Made by a program: the position numbers and the translations under genes
DNA from: Felis catus
Taxonomy: Eukaryota
DNA: 64,000 nt
Reading direction: 5' to 3'
Assembly (NCBI RefSeq): GCF_018350175.1
Contig: NC_058368.1
Coordinates: 31,126,001-31,190,000, forward strand
The notes under the pieces: generated by a model
Databases searched by the model: none
Told to the model about the DNA's origin: nothing
The model's input: only the letters and a program-made list of their open reading frames with translations
In this document: in pieces, positions 49,030 to 62,707 of the stretch
Position numbering within the stretch: the stretch's first letter is position 1
How the letters are laid out: the number at the start of each line of letters is the position of its first letter

Positions 49030-50640
49030 ACCATAAATTCACCACATTAAGTGTATAGTTTTTGACATTTCATGAATTCATAGAGTTAGGTAACCAGAGT
49101 CTAGTTTCATAACATTTCCATCACCTCCAATAGATTCCATGTACTACTTGCAGTCATTTTCAGTGCTGACTCCAGCCCTAGGTAACCACTAGCTGCTTTC
49201 TATCTATATAAATTTGTTTTTCCTGGACATTTTACATAAATTATGTCTTTTGCATCTGACTTCTTTCACTTAGCACAATACTTCTGAGGTTCCTTCATGC
49301 TGTAGCATATATCAATATTTTGTTCCTTTCTATGACTACTCAGTCATAAGTATGTGGCCAAACTATGACTTTATCCCTTTATACATCCATATCCCTTTAT
49401 ATATACATCTATCATATTATAATTATATGTGCTTCACACATATTTGTTTCTATTGTGTGGGCAAACCATAATTTTATCCCTTTACCATTTCATGGAGATT
49501 TGGGTTGTTCAGATTTTTACTATTATGAATAAAGCTATGATCACCAGTCTGTGTGGAACTATGTTTTATTTCATACAGACACCAGGATTGTAAATGCCAG
49601 GGCATAAGATAAGTTTATGTTTAACTTTTTAAGAAATAGTTCAAAGTGGCTGTACCATTTTACATTCTCATTAACAGTATATGAAGATTGCTTTCTCCAT
49701 ATCCCTTTGCCTATACTATTGATTATCTTCTTTTTAATTATAGCTATTCCTGAGGGTATGAAGTGATATTACATATGATTTTAATTTGCATCCCCCTGAT
49801 GGCTATTGATGCTGAATATCTATTCATGTGCTTATTAACCATTCATATATCCTCTTTAGTGAAATGTCTATTCAGTTTATTTTCTCATTTTTTTATTTTC
49901 TCATTTTTAATTGGATTGTTTTTTATTATTACTTTATAAGAGTTCCTTATATATTCTGGATACAAATTATAGTGGGAAAATTGGATTTTCTCAGGAAAAT
50001 TAGACACTTCCCTTTTATCATGCATAAGCGATTAACTAAATATAGATCGTATGCCAAAGTGTAAAGGTTAAAACTATAAAACTTCTAGAAGCATATATAG
50101 GAGAAAATCTTTCTGTACCATTTTAGGCCAAGAAAAAAAAGAAAATACATGTAATTGAACACATATTTATATTATATATACATATATATCTTTATATATG
50201 TTCACACATATTTGTTCCTAATCTGTGACTTTTAATTTTCTTAGAGGTGTTTTTTTAAAGCAAAAGAGTTTTTTTTTTTTTTAATGAAGTCCAATGTATA
50301 CATTTTTTCTTTTATGTACCATTATTTTGGTGTCACATCCAAGAACCCTTGGTCTTTTGGCAAAAAAGAAAAAAAATCCCACAAAATCTGGGTTTTGATG
50401 AGGATTGTGTTAAACCTATAGACAGAGAATTATCATTTTAATGATACTGATCTTTCTCATGCTTGAATATGGAATGTTTCTCTATTTATTTTAGATCTTT
50501 TAAACTTTCTATTGGCAATGTTTTGTTTTTTTCAGAGAAGAGATCTTGAACTCTTTCTCATAAATTCATTCTCAAATATTTTATTCTTTTTGATGCTATT
50601 CTGAATGAAATTGTTTTTCTTAGTTTCATTTTCAGAAGTC
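49030..50640 (-). mobile_element. Old L1M(B/C) 3' portion, internally rearranged
   Basis: L1 3'UTR/ORF2 motifs on the minus strand with an oppositely oriented L1 piece at ~49972-50132. Confidence 0.75.
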
Positions 50641-53221
50641 ATGCATCCTTATAATTGATAATTTGTGGGGGCAGTGGGAAGAGTATAGGGTTGTTGTTAG
50701 CATCTGAGGTTATCTTTGGAAAGTTATGCCAAATTAGATTTTAAGAGACTGCATTTAAATTCAGATCTATACAGAAAAAAAGCTAAACCTGTGGTGAAGA
50801 GAAAGTAAAGCTAGAAGAAAGGAAACTGGAAAAATGAAAATCCTTAAAAAAAAAAAAGAAAAATTGGCCGAAGTGGGGTGAGTTGAAATGGACCTCAATA
50901 AAAACAGGAGTAGGGATAAATATGCATTTCAAGTACTCTTGGGCTGAATGTGTATGCCTACTGAGCCAAAAATAAGACATAATATTCAGAACCTTTCACA
51001 TATCTGGCCTATTTGAAGGGGACAAGGTGTTCTCACAAATGAATGATTTAACAACAACAAAAATTGGCATGAGGAAATATTTTTCATTTTAGCAATATTT
51101 TTGACAAATAATATTTTTTTATATTTAGAATTTTAGTAAGTGTTTCCTGTACTTCATTGAATATATAGACATTTCTAAAGGCTTGGTTTATAGCTTTACA
51201 GTGAAGTGAAACTGAATAAAGAAAAATACACATATTTATCTACTTTTGCTGAGCGTTTCCCAAATGGTATAGTGTTTCCCAAATGGTAAGCATTAAATGA
51301 GGTAATATCTAGCACAGTGCAAAAAAAAATGGCCAAAAAGCCAATAAATGTTAGTTTTGTTTCCTTCCCTCTTTCATTCATTTTTTATTGAAAGTAAAAT
51401 TATGCTTGACATTCAGAAAAGATGGTTCCCCTAGAGTTTTTTTTATATTATGAAGGCAAAATTAAGATAAAAAATACCAACAGAAATTTCACAGTACATA
51501 TCCTACAAAAAGGACAAGAAAATGAGCCTGCAATTAGATAAAACTGCATCCCTTTCAAAGAATTGTATTATTAAATATTCAAGATTATGTGCATTAGTGA
51601 GGACATAAACTCAAAGACATACCTTTTGCAGGCCTCCTGACAGTAACTAACCATTAGAGAAACATTAAATGAAACATTGAAAGGGGAAAACAATTCAAGA
51701 AATGGACCAATTTGAACAACCCCAAAGTACTGCTTTAGATGGCATATTTAGAGAACAAAAGACAAAAGAGAATCAGAAAGAAAAAATCGTTTTAAGATGA
51801 AGTGGCTACTGTCCATTGATTGAGAGGTCACACTTTAAATCATTTTGACAGCTGAAAAAGGAAGAAGAATATAGTTTTCCCAGAGGTAGTTTTAAAAAAA
51901 AATTTAAGTAACTTAATATAAAGAAAAGGACACCAAAAATGAACGAGAAATGACTAAGAGATTAGTTGCAAAAGATGCGACCAACATAGTACTAAATCCA
52001 AATAACATTTAAAAATTGGATGCAAAATAGATGAAGGGAACAATTCCCTAACTTGGCATTTTCTGACTCCTTTGGAAACTAAATCTCCCTCTAGCAATAT
52101 TCTGTCCTTCCATTTAGTTTAAGTATAATCTTCTTTTTTCCAGCATGATCTGGATTTATGACAAATTCTATTTTTTCTTAGCAGAGGCATTTATTAGATA
52201 GATTGCATATGACAAATTCTCTCAAGATTTAGACTGTAGAAACAACTACCAAAACACACTTTAAACCATTCTTCATTCCTCATTTTATAAATCCTAAATA
52301 TGCAAATAATACCTACCAAATTTGCAGTATATTTTATAAAATGTATTAAAGGTGAATCAACAAAATGAAGTATGATTTGCTTTTCATCTTACAGATTTGT
52401 GATCAAACAGGGTTGGCATTCATGTTATAGCTTGGGAGATGTTTTTCTTGGTTTCATTTTGAAATGTTCAGTGGACCTGCCATTTGGGGTTATGCCACAT
52501 ACACACAGAGAAACTTGGAGAAACCAGAGAATTATCTGGATGATTCATGCACATACCCAATTTTCATCTGAATTATACCTTCATCAATAAGCATGACTGG
52601 ACATGAGTTCAATTTATGCCACTTAACCTCATTAATATTTTATTCCATTATAAGCTGTGATAATAATAAAATTGATATAATAATAATTCCTATATAATTA
52701 AATGCAATGATGCATGGAACATCCTCAGCATAGTGCCAGAAACAGTAGTCGTTTGGCAAATGTTAGGTGATGCTATAATCATAGTAATAATAGATGTACA
52801 TTAATGCTCATAGTTACAGTGAGAGTACTAGTTATAGCAGTAGTTGCAAATTTGGCCTGGATGATCAAAAAATATATCTATTTTTTAACTTTTATTCTTG
52901 AACCCCAGACTGCATCAACTAATAAAGGAGAACCTTTATATGCAAAGTGAGGAAAATAAATCATAATAATAATAATGGCCTTGACTTACAATGCTTCTAA
53001 CCTTTGACTTATATTTTGTATCTGCTCCCTATTGAGTCCAAAAACAACCCACCAGAAGGAATATTAATAGAACTCTAGCTATAAGTGGCCAACATATCTG
53101 TACGGGGCTTCTTTGTGAAAGGGGGATTGTCCGATTTACATTGGAAGCCATGGGATCATCAGGGATGAAAATAACCTCAGAATGTCTCTTGATTCTGTCT
53201 AGGCTGCCCTTTGTTATTGCA

Positions 53222-53239
53222 GATATCTATCTATCTATC

Positions 53240-53298
<59 letters not shown>

Positions 53299-53308
53299 TG
53301 AGAGAGAT
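53222..53308. repeat. Compound (TCTA)n(TA)n(GA)n microsatellite
   Basis: Direct reading. Confidence 0.95.
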
Positions 53309-54014
53309 ATTTTATCAGGAGCTTGTCTGTAGTCAAGTCTGGGTCAATGCCTTGTAAATCTCAGACCAAAGAGAGAAGGGACACACTTTCCCTCATCACC
53401 ACTTTGAATAAAAGAGTGGAGGAAATCTGCTTGGCCCAACCTTAGTAATGTTCTCATTTCTTAGTAACAATCACTCTTTGGGGTTGGTTAGCATAGTTTA
53501 TGTGACATGACTACCTTGTGTCCAGGAGGATGGGATCTGTAATTTCAGGAATGCAGGAAGGATTGTTCGGTACCAAGAATGGTAAAAAAAAATTACAGTG
53601 TGTAATCACAACTCCTTATTTACAGGTAGGAAATTAGAGTTCTGAGATAGTGGGTAATTTTAAACCCTCAGAGTCATGGTGAAAATTCAAATTGGCATCT
53701 TTTTTACTGCAAACACATTGTCCACTGTAGCATATTGCTGTCAGAGTTTCATGGTAGTATTTATATAATGAGTTCAAGTAGTAGGTATTGAGTATCAGGT
53801 CAGGGAATCCATATGGGGTTTTGAAATGCAAGCACTAAGTAATCCCAATTCTCCTGGTAATTTGCAAACCTTCACTCAGTGCTATGAAAAATAAAGCTTC
53901 ATCAAACCCACAGTGAACTAATGTGTTTTCTTAAATTTCCTGGATTATATTCATTCAGCAATAGCCCAGTTACTATTTGTAATTCATTTTATCCATTTTA
54001 AACTGTTACAACTT

Positions 54015-54225
54015 GGGGCGCCTGGGTGGCTCAGTCGGTTAAGCCTCCTACTTCGGCTCAGGTCATGATCTCACGGTCCGTGAGTTCGAGCCCCGCGTCA
54101 GGCTCTGTGCTGACAGCTCAGAGCCTGGAGCCTGTTTCAGATTCTGTGTCTCTCTCTCTCTCTGACCCTCCTCCTGTTCATGCTGTCTCTCCCTGTCTCA
54201 AAAATAAACGTTAAAAAAAAAATTT
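54015..54225 (+). mobile_element. CAN-SINE (SINEC_Fc, young)
   Basis: Near-consensus head GGGGCGCCTGGGTGGCTCAGTCGGTTAAGC; near-TSD AAAC(T/A)GTTACAAC (54000-54012, 54226-54238). Confidence 0.97.
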
Positions 54226-56029
54226 AAACAGTTACAACATGCATAGCATATCCTCCCATTAGTAATGCCTTCCCCAAATCTGGAGAATGTCTTCATTTCC
54301 TTTCCTGTTTTTTATAAGATCTCATTGATCTTCTGAGAGCGTGTATGTACATATATATAACATAACTCAATGATAATTATCAGCTACCTCTGCATTCTTG
54401 GCCATGGTTAAATAACAATTACACATTTTTAGAGATCCTGAATGTGTTCAATGAATACAAAATAGAATTCTTTAATTCACTGAACAGTCTGTGTTCTGAA
54501 AAGTACTGAGTACTGAACAGTCTGTGAAAGATCCATTCTCCATTCTATATCTTCTATATATATCCATTCTATATCTTCTTTACCTTTTTAACTTTTGACC
54601 CTAAAGTCATTGATTTAATCAGTTTTCTTCTTCAAATCTAACCTGATTATTTGGTTTTGATATGAACCCTCAAAACATGCTCTTTTCCCATGTGCCTTTT
54701 GAGATATTACAACAAAGTCACATAGTAATACACAATCTATTATGCTTTGTGTCATGATCAATAATATAAATAATATGTGCCTTGATGTAATTTGCTTTTT
54801 GAGATGTTAGTGGTTACAATTTATTAAGCTGTTTATAAAGTAAGATTAAGTTCTGCTGTAATTACCTGACTTTTCCTCCTATGTCTACCATAATATCCTT
54901 TGTTGCTACTGTGTAAATTGGTGAACAATAATTCCTTTTATTTTACAAATCTGTATTTTATTGTGCAGACTGTGATCATCACCCTCTGGCTTAACTGCAA
55001 GCCTGCCTTAAAAAGGTATTTATTTACTGTATTTTCCAAGTAGATCAGAAGTTCAAATTTTGCATCACACAAAAAAGTCCTAGTTTTTTAAGGAATTCAA
55101 AAGTTAATGTTATCATAATCCTAAATAGATGAAGCAATGGTGAAGAAAACTGCAGAACAAATATGAAATTTAATAATGGCCTTCCAACAGCTTGCCTTTC
55201 AAATTGTTAGGAATTCATTAAACAATGGTTGAGCAGCACTGACAATTAAATTACTCTCATATGAGGTATCTAGCCATATTATGAATATTGCATACTACAT
55301 AGCTCACACTTCTAAAGGGATGTAGACAACAAATTGGATTTCAGATAATTAACAGGAGGCTTGAATTCAGTCTCCAGACACATCCTACTCTGTTTCTAAG
55401 CAAAAATAATTGGGATGTAAGTGTATAAAGAGGGTTAACATTACAAATGTTAAGGAAAAAAAAAACAGTGCTTGTAGCTACATTAGGAATTTATCACACT
55501 GTAGAATATAGTAGAAGGGAAGAAACAGTAATAGTGACCTTCCAGAGTTGCAAATATTTTTCATAAATTAAGCCTTTTAACGCTCACCCTCTATGAGGTG
55601 GCTACTCTTCTTTTACCCACGGATGGTTAAGCGATTGATAAAGTCATGCTGTTAACTGTGCTACAGCTGGGAATGAAATCTATGCAGTCTGAATTTATAA
55701 CCACCGCTGCATTGATCTTTTAAGACACACAGAGAAGTATCTTTTCCATTTTTACGACTGGACAACTTTTGCATTCATGTTTAGTGTCTGTGTTTTTCCT
55801 CGAAAACAATGAAAACATTCTATTAAGAATACTTATAAAAACCAAAACCAAAACAAAGAATACTTAGAATGAATGCTTCATGTAGAGCTATTTTATTCAC
55901 TCACTGGGTGGAACCCACAGGAAGTTGGAAAAATGAAACAAAGCGAAGACAGACCTGGACTTGGAGCAGAAGTTTCTGGAGAGCAAAGGTGGTGCCTGTT
56001 ATTCCCGTAGTATGCTTCCGTTGACTGTT

Positions 56030-56780
56030 TGTTGAAATAAACTTTTTAATTTCAGGATAGTTCTAGATTTACATAAAAATTGTGAAGAGAGTACGGAAAG
56101 TTTCCACATTCCCTACATTCAATTTCCCCTATTAGTAACATCTTTTGTTAGTATGGTACATTTGTCACACAATTAATTAATTGATATTGATGTATTAATA
56201 ATTGGTATTATTAATTAGTGTATTCCTTATTTAGACTCACATTCCTAACATCCTGTTTGCTCTTCTAGAATTCCATGTATGATATCACAATACATTTAGT
56301 TTTCATGTAGTTTTAGGCTCCTCAGATTTTCTTTGTTTTGATGATGTTGACAATTTTGAGAGCACTAGCCAGGTATTTTATGAAAATCCCTCTATTGGGA
56401 TATGTCTTGTATTTTACTTATGATTAGGCTAGGGTTAAGGGCTTTGGGGAGCAAGACCACAGAAGAAAGTGCCATTTTAACCACATCATATTGAGAGATG
56501 CATATGTAATCAACATGATTTAACAATTGTTGAGGCTGTTCTTGCTCTTGAGGTAGTTTGTCAGGTTTCTCCATTGTAATGTTACTCACCCCTACCCTCC
56601 ACTTCATTACTGTACTCCTTGGAAGGATGTCACTGTGCTTTTTCTGTTGGCTCTCATTTTCCTTTGACATACTTTCATCATGGTGGGGTTTCCTGAGTAC
56701 TTTAAAATGCTTCAGGTTCATTGTGTATATTTGATGCCCCATCAGTTGACTTTTAATGTTGCTGCATATTTTACTTTCGA
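56030..56780 (-). mobile_element. Old L1MC-like 3'UTR
   Basis: TAGATTTACATAAAAATTG..CCTATTAGTAACATCTT..TAGTATGGTACATTTGTCACA..GGGTTAAGGGCTTTGGGGAG.AAGACCACAGA motifs. Confidence 0.7.
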
Positions 56781-56945
56781 CCTTTTAAAAAACAGATTTA
56801 TTGAATCTTGTTTTCTCAAGCTCCTTTGTAATCATTGTTCTCACCTCTTCCCTCCTTCACCAAACACCAGTCTGCTTTCTGTCACTATGAATAGATAGTA
56901 GTGAATTCTATAGAAAAATTTTAAATTGAATTATATATATTTTTT

Positions 56946-57312
56946 CTTTAAACATTTTTTTTATTTTTTAAATTTACATCCCAGTTAGTTAGCATATAGT
57001 ACAACAATGATTTCAAGAGTAGATTCCTTAATACCCCTTACCCATTTACCCCATCCCCCCTACAACCCCTCCAGTAACCCTCTGTCTCCATATTTAAGAG
57101 TCTCTTATGTTTTGTCCCCCTCCCCTCCCTCTTTTTATGTTAGTTTTGCTTCCCTTCCTTTATGTTCACCTGTTTTGTATCTTAAAGTCCTCATGAGCAA
57201 AGTCGTATGATATTTGTCTTTCTCTAATTTCACTTAGCATAATACCCTCTAGTTCCATCCACATAGTTTGCAAATGGCAAGATTTCATTCTTTTTGATTG
57301 CCGAGTAATACT

Positions 57313-57362
<50 letters not shown>

Positions 57363-59084
57363 GACACTACATTGTATTTATCTATTCTTCCATTGGACGT
57401 TTGGGCTCTTTCCATACTTTGGCTATTGTTGATAGTGCTGCTATAAACATTGGGGGGCATGTGCCCCTTCGAAACAGCATACCCATATCTCTTAGATAAA
57501 TACCTAGTAGTGCAATTTCTGGGTCATAGGGTAGTTCTATTTTTAATTTTTTTGAGGAACCTCCACACTGTTTTCCAGAGTGGACGCACCAGTTTGCATT
57601 CCTACCAGCAGTGCAAAAGAGATCCTCTATCTCCGCAACCTCACCAACATCTGTTGTTGCCTGAGTTGTTACTGTTAGTCATTCTGACAGGTGTCAGGTG
57701 GTATCTCATTGTGGTTTTGATTTGTATTTCCCTGATGATGAGTGATGTTCATTGAGCATTTTTTCATGTGTCAGTTGACCATCTGGATGTCTTCTTTGGA
57801 GAAGTGTCTATTCATGTCTTTTGCCCATTTCTTCACTGGATTATTTGTTTTTTGGGTATTGAGTTTGATAAGCTCTTTATAGATTTTGGATACTGACCTT
57901 TTATCTGATATGTCATTTGCAAGTATCTTCTCCCATTCTCTCTGTTGCCTTTTAGTTTTGCGGAATGTTTCCTTCGCTGTAGAGAAGCTTTATTTTAATG
58001 AGGTCCCAATAGTTCATTTTTGCTTTTGTTTCCCTTACCTCCAGAGACGTGTTGAGTAAGAAGTTGCTGCAGCCAAAGTCAAAGAGGTTTTTGCCTGCTT
58101 TTTCCTTGAGGACTTTGATGGCTTCCTGTCTTATGTTTAGCTCTTTCATCCATTTTGAGTTTATTTTTGTGTATGGTGTAAGAAAGTGGTCCAGGTTCAT
58201 TCTTCTGCATGTTACTGTCCAGTTTTCCCAGCACCACTTGCTAAAGAGATTGTCTTTATTCCATTGGATATTCTTTCCTGCTTTGTCAAACATTTTTTGG
58301 CTATACATTTGTGGGTCCATTTCTGGGTTCTCTATTCTGTTCCATTGATCTGAGTGTCTGTTTTTGTGCTAGTACCATACTCTCTTGATAATTACAGCTT
58401 TGTAATACATCTTGAAGTCTGGGATTGTGATGCCTGCAGCTTTCTTTTTCAAGATTGCTTTGGCTATTCAGGTTCTTTTCTGGTTCCATACAAATTTGAG
58501 GATTGTTTGTTCTAGCTCTGTGAAGAATGCTGGTGTTATTTTGATAGGGATTGCATTGAATGTCTAGATTACTTTGGGTAGTATCGACATTTTAACAGTA
58601 TTTGTTCTTCCTATCCAGGAGCATGGAATCTTTTTCCATTTTTTTGTGTCTTCTTCAACTTCTTTCATAAGCTTTCTATAGTTTTCAGTGTATAGATTTT
58701 TCACCTCTTTGGTTAGATTTATTCCTAGGTATTTAATGGTTTTTGGTGCAATTACAAATGGGATCGATTCCTTGATTTCTCTTTCTGTTGCTTCATGATA
58801 TGAATAGAAACTGATATATGTGTATAGGAATGCAACTGATTTCTGTGTATTGATTTTATATCCTTAAACTTTGTTGAATTCATGGATCAGTTCTAGCATT
58901 TTTTTTTTGGTGGAATCTGTTGGGTTTTCCATATAGAGTATGATGTCATCTGCAAAGAGTGAAAATTTGACGTCCTTCTGTCCAATATGGATGCCTTTTA
59001 TTTCTTTGTGTTGTCCGATTGCTGAGGCTAAGACTTCCAATACTATGTTGAGTAACAGTGGCGAGAGTGGATATCCCTGTCTTG
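56946..59084 (-). mobile_element. 5'-truncated felid L1 (RT domain to poly-A); 3' part of a SINE-L1 chimera
   Basis: Peptides [29 protein letters not shown] and FDKAGKNIQWNKDNLFSKWCWENW; (TG)n at 57315-57359; T-rich tail. Confidence 0.96.
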
Positions 59085-59184
59085 CACAGGGCCCAACGCG
59101 GGGCTTGAACTCATGAGCTGAGCCATGAGAACCTGATCTGAGCTGAGGTCGGATGCTTAACTGACTGAGCCATCCAGGCACCCC
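59084..59184 (-). mobile_element. 5' half of a CAN-SINE fused to L1 ORF2
   Basis: Minus strand GGGGTGCCTGGATGGCTCAGTCAGTTAAGCATCCGAC..GAGTTCAAGCCCCGCGTTGGGCCCTGTGC runs directly into L1 AAGACAGGGATATCC; no CT tract or tail of its own. Confidence 0.92.
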
Positions 59185-59199
59185 TTATATATATTTTTT

Positions 59200-60240
59200 T
59201 TTCAATGCCTTATTTCACTTGGTATTGGTTGTATAGTTAATTCCCTTTTATTGCTGAGTAGTACCCCAATCAATATGAGTATATATATATGTATGTGTAT
59301 GTATATATATATACACACATACTGTTTTTTTCATCCATTCATCTGATAGACATTAGAATGGTTTCAGATTTTTGGTTTTACGAGAAAACTGTTCTAAATA
59401 TTTGTGTATAAATGCTTTTATTTCTCTTGGGAAAATACATGAAATGAGAATGGCTGCTTTACATATGATAGGTGTATGTTTAACTTTTAAATAACTGACA
59501 TACTGTTTTCAAGGTGGTGGTACCATTTTAAATTCCTAGGAGCAGTTTGTGAAAGTTGCAGCTGACCCATATTCTCACCTACATGTGGTTGTCATTTTTC
59601 ATTTTAAACATTCTAATACATGTGCAAATGTTAACTCATTGTGTCTTAATTTGTATTTTTATGATGAAAAGTGTTGTTGAGTATCTTGTCATGTGTTTAG
59701 TTTTTATCTGAACACCTTCTTTGATACAGTGTTTGGTCAACTATTTGACCTTTTGAAGTTGTGTTCTGTGCTTTCTTATTTATATATTCTGGGTATGAGC
59801 TACTTATGAGATATTGATCTGTTAATATTATCTCTCAGTCAGTGACTTGTGTCTTTTCAATTCTCTTAACAGTGACATGTAAAAATCAGATGTTCTTTTC
59901 TAATTTATCAATATTTTTCTTTTAGAGTTTGTGTTCTATTTAAAATTTTCCAATCCAGTGTCACAAAGATGTCTTGATTTGTTTTCTTCTACAAGTATAC
60001 AGTTTTAGATTCAAAATTTAGGTTTGTAATCCATTTTTCATTTACTTTCAATGAAGAATATGGTTCGAGGTTCATTTTTTGCATATGGATCTCTAATGGT
60101 TTGTTACCATTTGTTAAAAATTAATTGACTATTTGTTGGTCTGCTTCTATGCTATTCATTTTGTTCCACTGATGTATTTATCTTTATGGAAATGCCACAC
60201 TATGTAGACCATATTTTAGTAAACATAATTATCTTATATA
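59200..60240 (-). mobile_element. Old L1M 3' portion (continuation of ~56800-56930, host of the chimera)
   Basis: Degenerate L1 3'UTR/ORF2 motifs colinear across the chimeric insertion. Confidence 0.75.
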
Positions 60241-61399
60241 TTATTAGAAGAAAAACATTTCAGTGTACTTATGACATTATAGGATATACAGCATGTACCT
60301 ATTTATTCTTGACAGTTTAATATTCTATTAATAGAACTTAATATCTTTGCAAACCTTTTAATTTTTATAGAAGAAACTATAAATATGTAGTTGAAATAAC
60401 TATTTACTATAGTTAGCATTAACTATAGCATTTACTATAGTATAGCATTAGCTATAGTTTAACATTTTAATATTAAAAGGTATACATGAAGTACTTATGA
60501 TAAATTGGAAGCTTACACTATTTTTATGATATATTCTAAAGACTGGGCTCTAGAGCCATTCATTTCACTATTTTTAGTTAATTCAGCTACCACTTAGAGA
60601 ACACTATGGTATCGGTCACTGAATTATACACACACAATCACTGAGAATTTCACAGTAGACCTAAAAAGGCATATATATTTGACATACAATTATAATATTC
60701 TAACTTATGTCTGCATTTTAATTGAAAACTGTTAACCTCCTAAAGTAGAAATTTGATCATGTCATTCATAGGATAAAAATATTTCAACAATTTTCTTCCT
60801 CTATAGAGTATATTATAACTACTTACCTATCCTTTTATTCATTTCATTAGTGGCCATGAGTATATTTTTAGACTGATATGCCTCTGCATCAACCCTCCTA
60901 TATTATCTACATCGAGGCGTTTGTATTCTCTGCATTTCTCTATTCCGTATTGCTTTGTTTTATGAAATTTGTTTTATGCAAATTTAAAGTATTAAGGGCC
61001 ATCAAAAATGTGAGAAGTAGATCTAGAATCAGAAACTTTCAAATGAAAAATTAGGTATATCTCCAGAGAACTATAACTTGAAACTTACAGGCTTTGAGGT
61101 CAGTTTGTTTGTTTGTTTGTTTGTTTATATTTGTTTTTATTAAGCCAATCTAACTTTCCCTGATTGGAGTCTGGTTGCTTCCATACAGATTATACTACAC
61201 GTTACGGTTCAATTACATTAAATATAGTAATCAGTGGTCCTCTCTTGGTTTGATGAAATCAAAGGAAATGCAAAAAACCTACAAGACATGACTAAAATTC
61301 ATGTTAGTCTGAAAATGACTGTAGGTACTGCCAATTCAAATTTTATAGGAATGATAAAGCTAATATAGCAGCATTTTTACTGTTTAACAAAATTAAGTA

Positions 61400-62340
61400 A
61401 AAGGACTCAAACATTAAAATAGAGCACTATGAAAAAGACCGTCAAATATACAACACAGCTTCTAGGAATAAAACAAATAATGCATTCCTTTAAAACTAAA
61501 GAAAGGAAATACGCATTATATTAGGAAGAATTGAAGATAGGATTAGTTTGAAGATACCGCAAAAAAATTCCAAATGAAAAAGAAAGATGTTGAAAATGCA
61601 AGAGTGCTTAAGAGAAATAAGGGAAAAGTTGAGGTCCAGTTATCTTTGATAATGTTTACATAACCCATGATGAGAAAAAATGGGGGAGAGGCAATATTAA
61701 AAGAGAAACTGGCAGGGTATTTTCCAGAATTATAGAAAGTATTAAAACCTCAAAATCAGGACACAAATTGAGCACTATAGAGGCCAAATAACAGGCAATT
61801 AAGCAAGACAACATATACAAAGATAAATTCCTCAAAGCAATCAAAAACAAAGGAAAGCTTACATACAATAATCAATAACCACTGCACTACATGGACATCT
61901 AACTAGTCACAGCAATAATAAAATCCAGATGATAATGTAGTGCAAGAAAATGGCAGTCAGCTAAACCTTTTAAAACATTAATAGTGTAGGTTAAATATAG
62001 ATATATTTAGACCAGATTTGAATCTTTAACAGACCCTCAATGTAGAAGATAAAATAATACATGCTTTAGGAAAAAGAAATTTAAACTTTGAAGAGTGGAG
62101 TGAAATGCAAGAAGTAGTGATGAAAGTAGTGACTTGGGTAAATTTAAATAAGCATTGGCTAAAAATATGGTAGTAATTATAATAGAAAATGTTTGAAATA
62201 AAAGGTAGAAATATTGTATTGAGTTAACATTGGAAAAAGAGAGCATCCTTTTATTGATTAAATTTGACTATATAAAATTAAGTAGTGATAGTAAAATTTT
62301 AAGTGTAATTGTCAAAAGAACAAGAATATAATATGTAGCT
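61400..62340 (+). mobile_element. Ancient L1 ORF1-region fragment
   Basis: A-rich, with GAGAGGCAATATTAAAAGAGAAACTGGCAGGGTATTTTCCAGAATT and other ORF1-like motifs. Confidence 0.55.
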
Positions 62341-62349
62341 TTCAAGCTA

Positions 62350-62706
62350 GATGTAGAATAACAGATTTTAGAAACCTTATTATCCACGTAGGCCCAATGT
62401 AATTGCATGAGCCCTTAAGTGCAGACACCCAAACAGGTTGTACAGAAACCAAAATGGCAGTATAAAGACGACTTAACCCTCTATCACTATCATGTGCCAA
62501 GGAATGCAATTTGCTCCTGGAAACTGGAAATGACAATCAAATGCAGAATGCTCAGAAAGGAATGTGGCCCTGCTCAGACCTTGATTTTAGTCCAGGAGAA
62601 CCTCTCCAGGACTTCAGACCTCAAGGACTGTAAAATAATAAAATTGGCTGCTTTAAGCTACTAAATTTGTGGCGATTTGGTATAGTATCAATAGAAAACT
62701 AATACA
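62350..62706 (+). mobile_element. MaLR LTR fragment (MLT1D/E-like)
   Basis: GGCCCTGCTCAGACCTTGATTTTAGTCCAG..TTTAAGCTACTAAATTTGTGGCGATTTG..ATAGAAAACTAATACA. Confidence 0.8.
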
Positions 62707-62707
62707 A

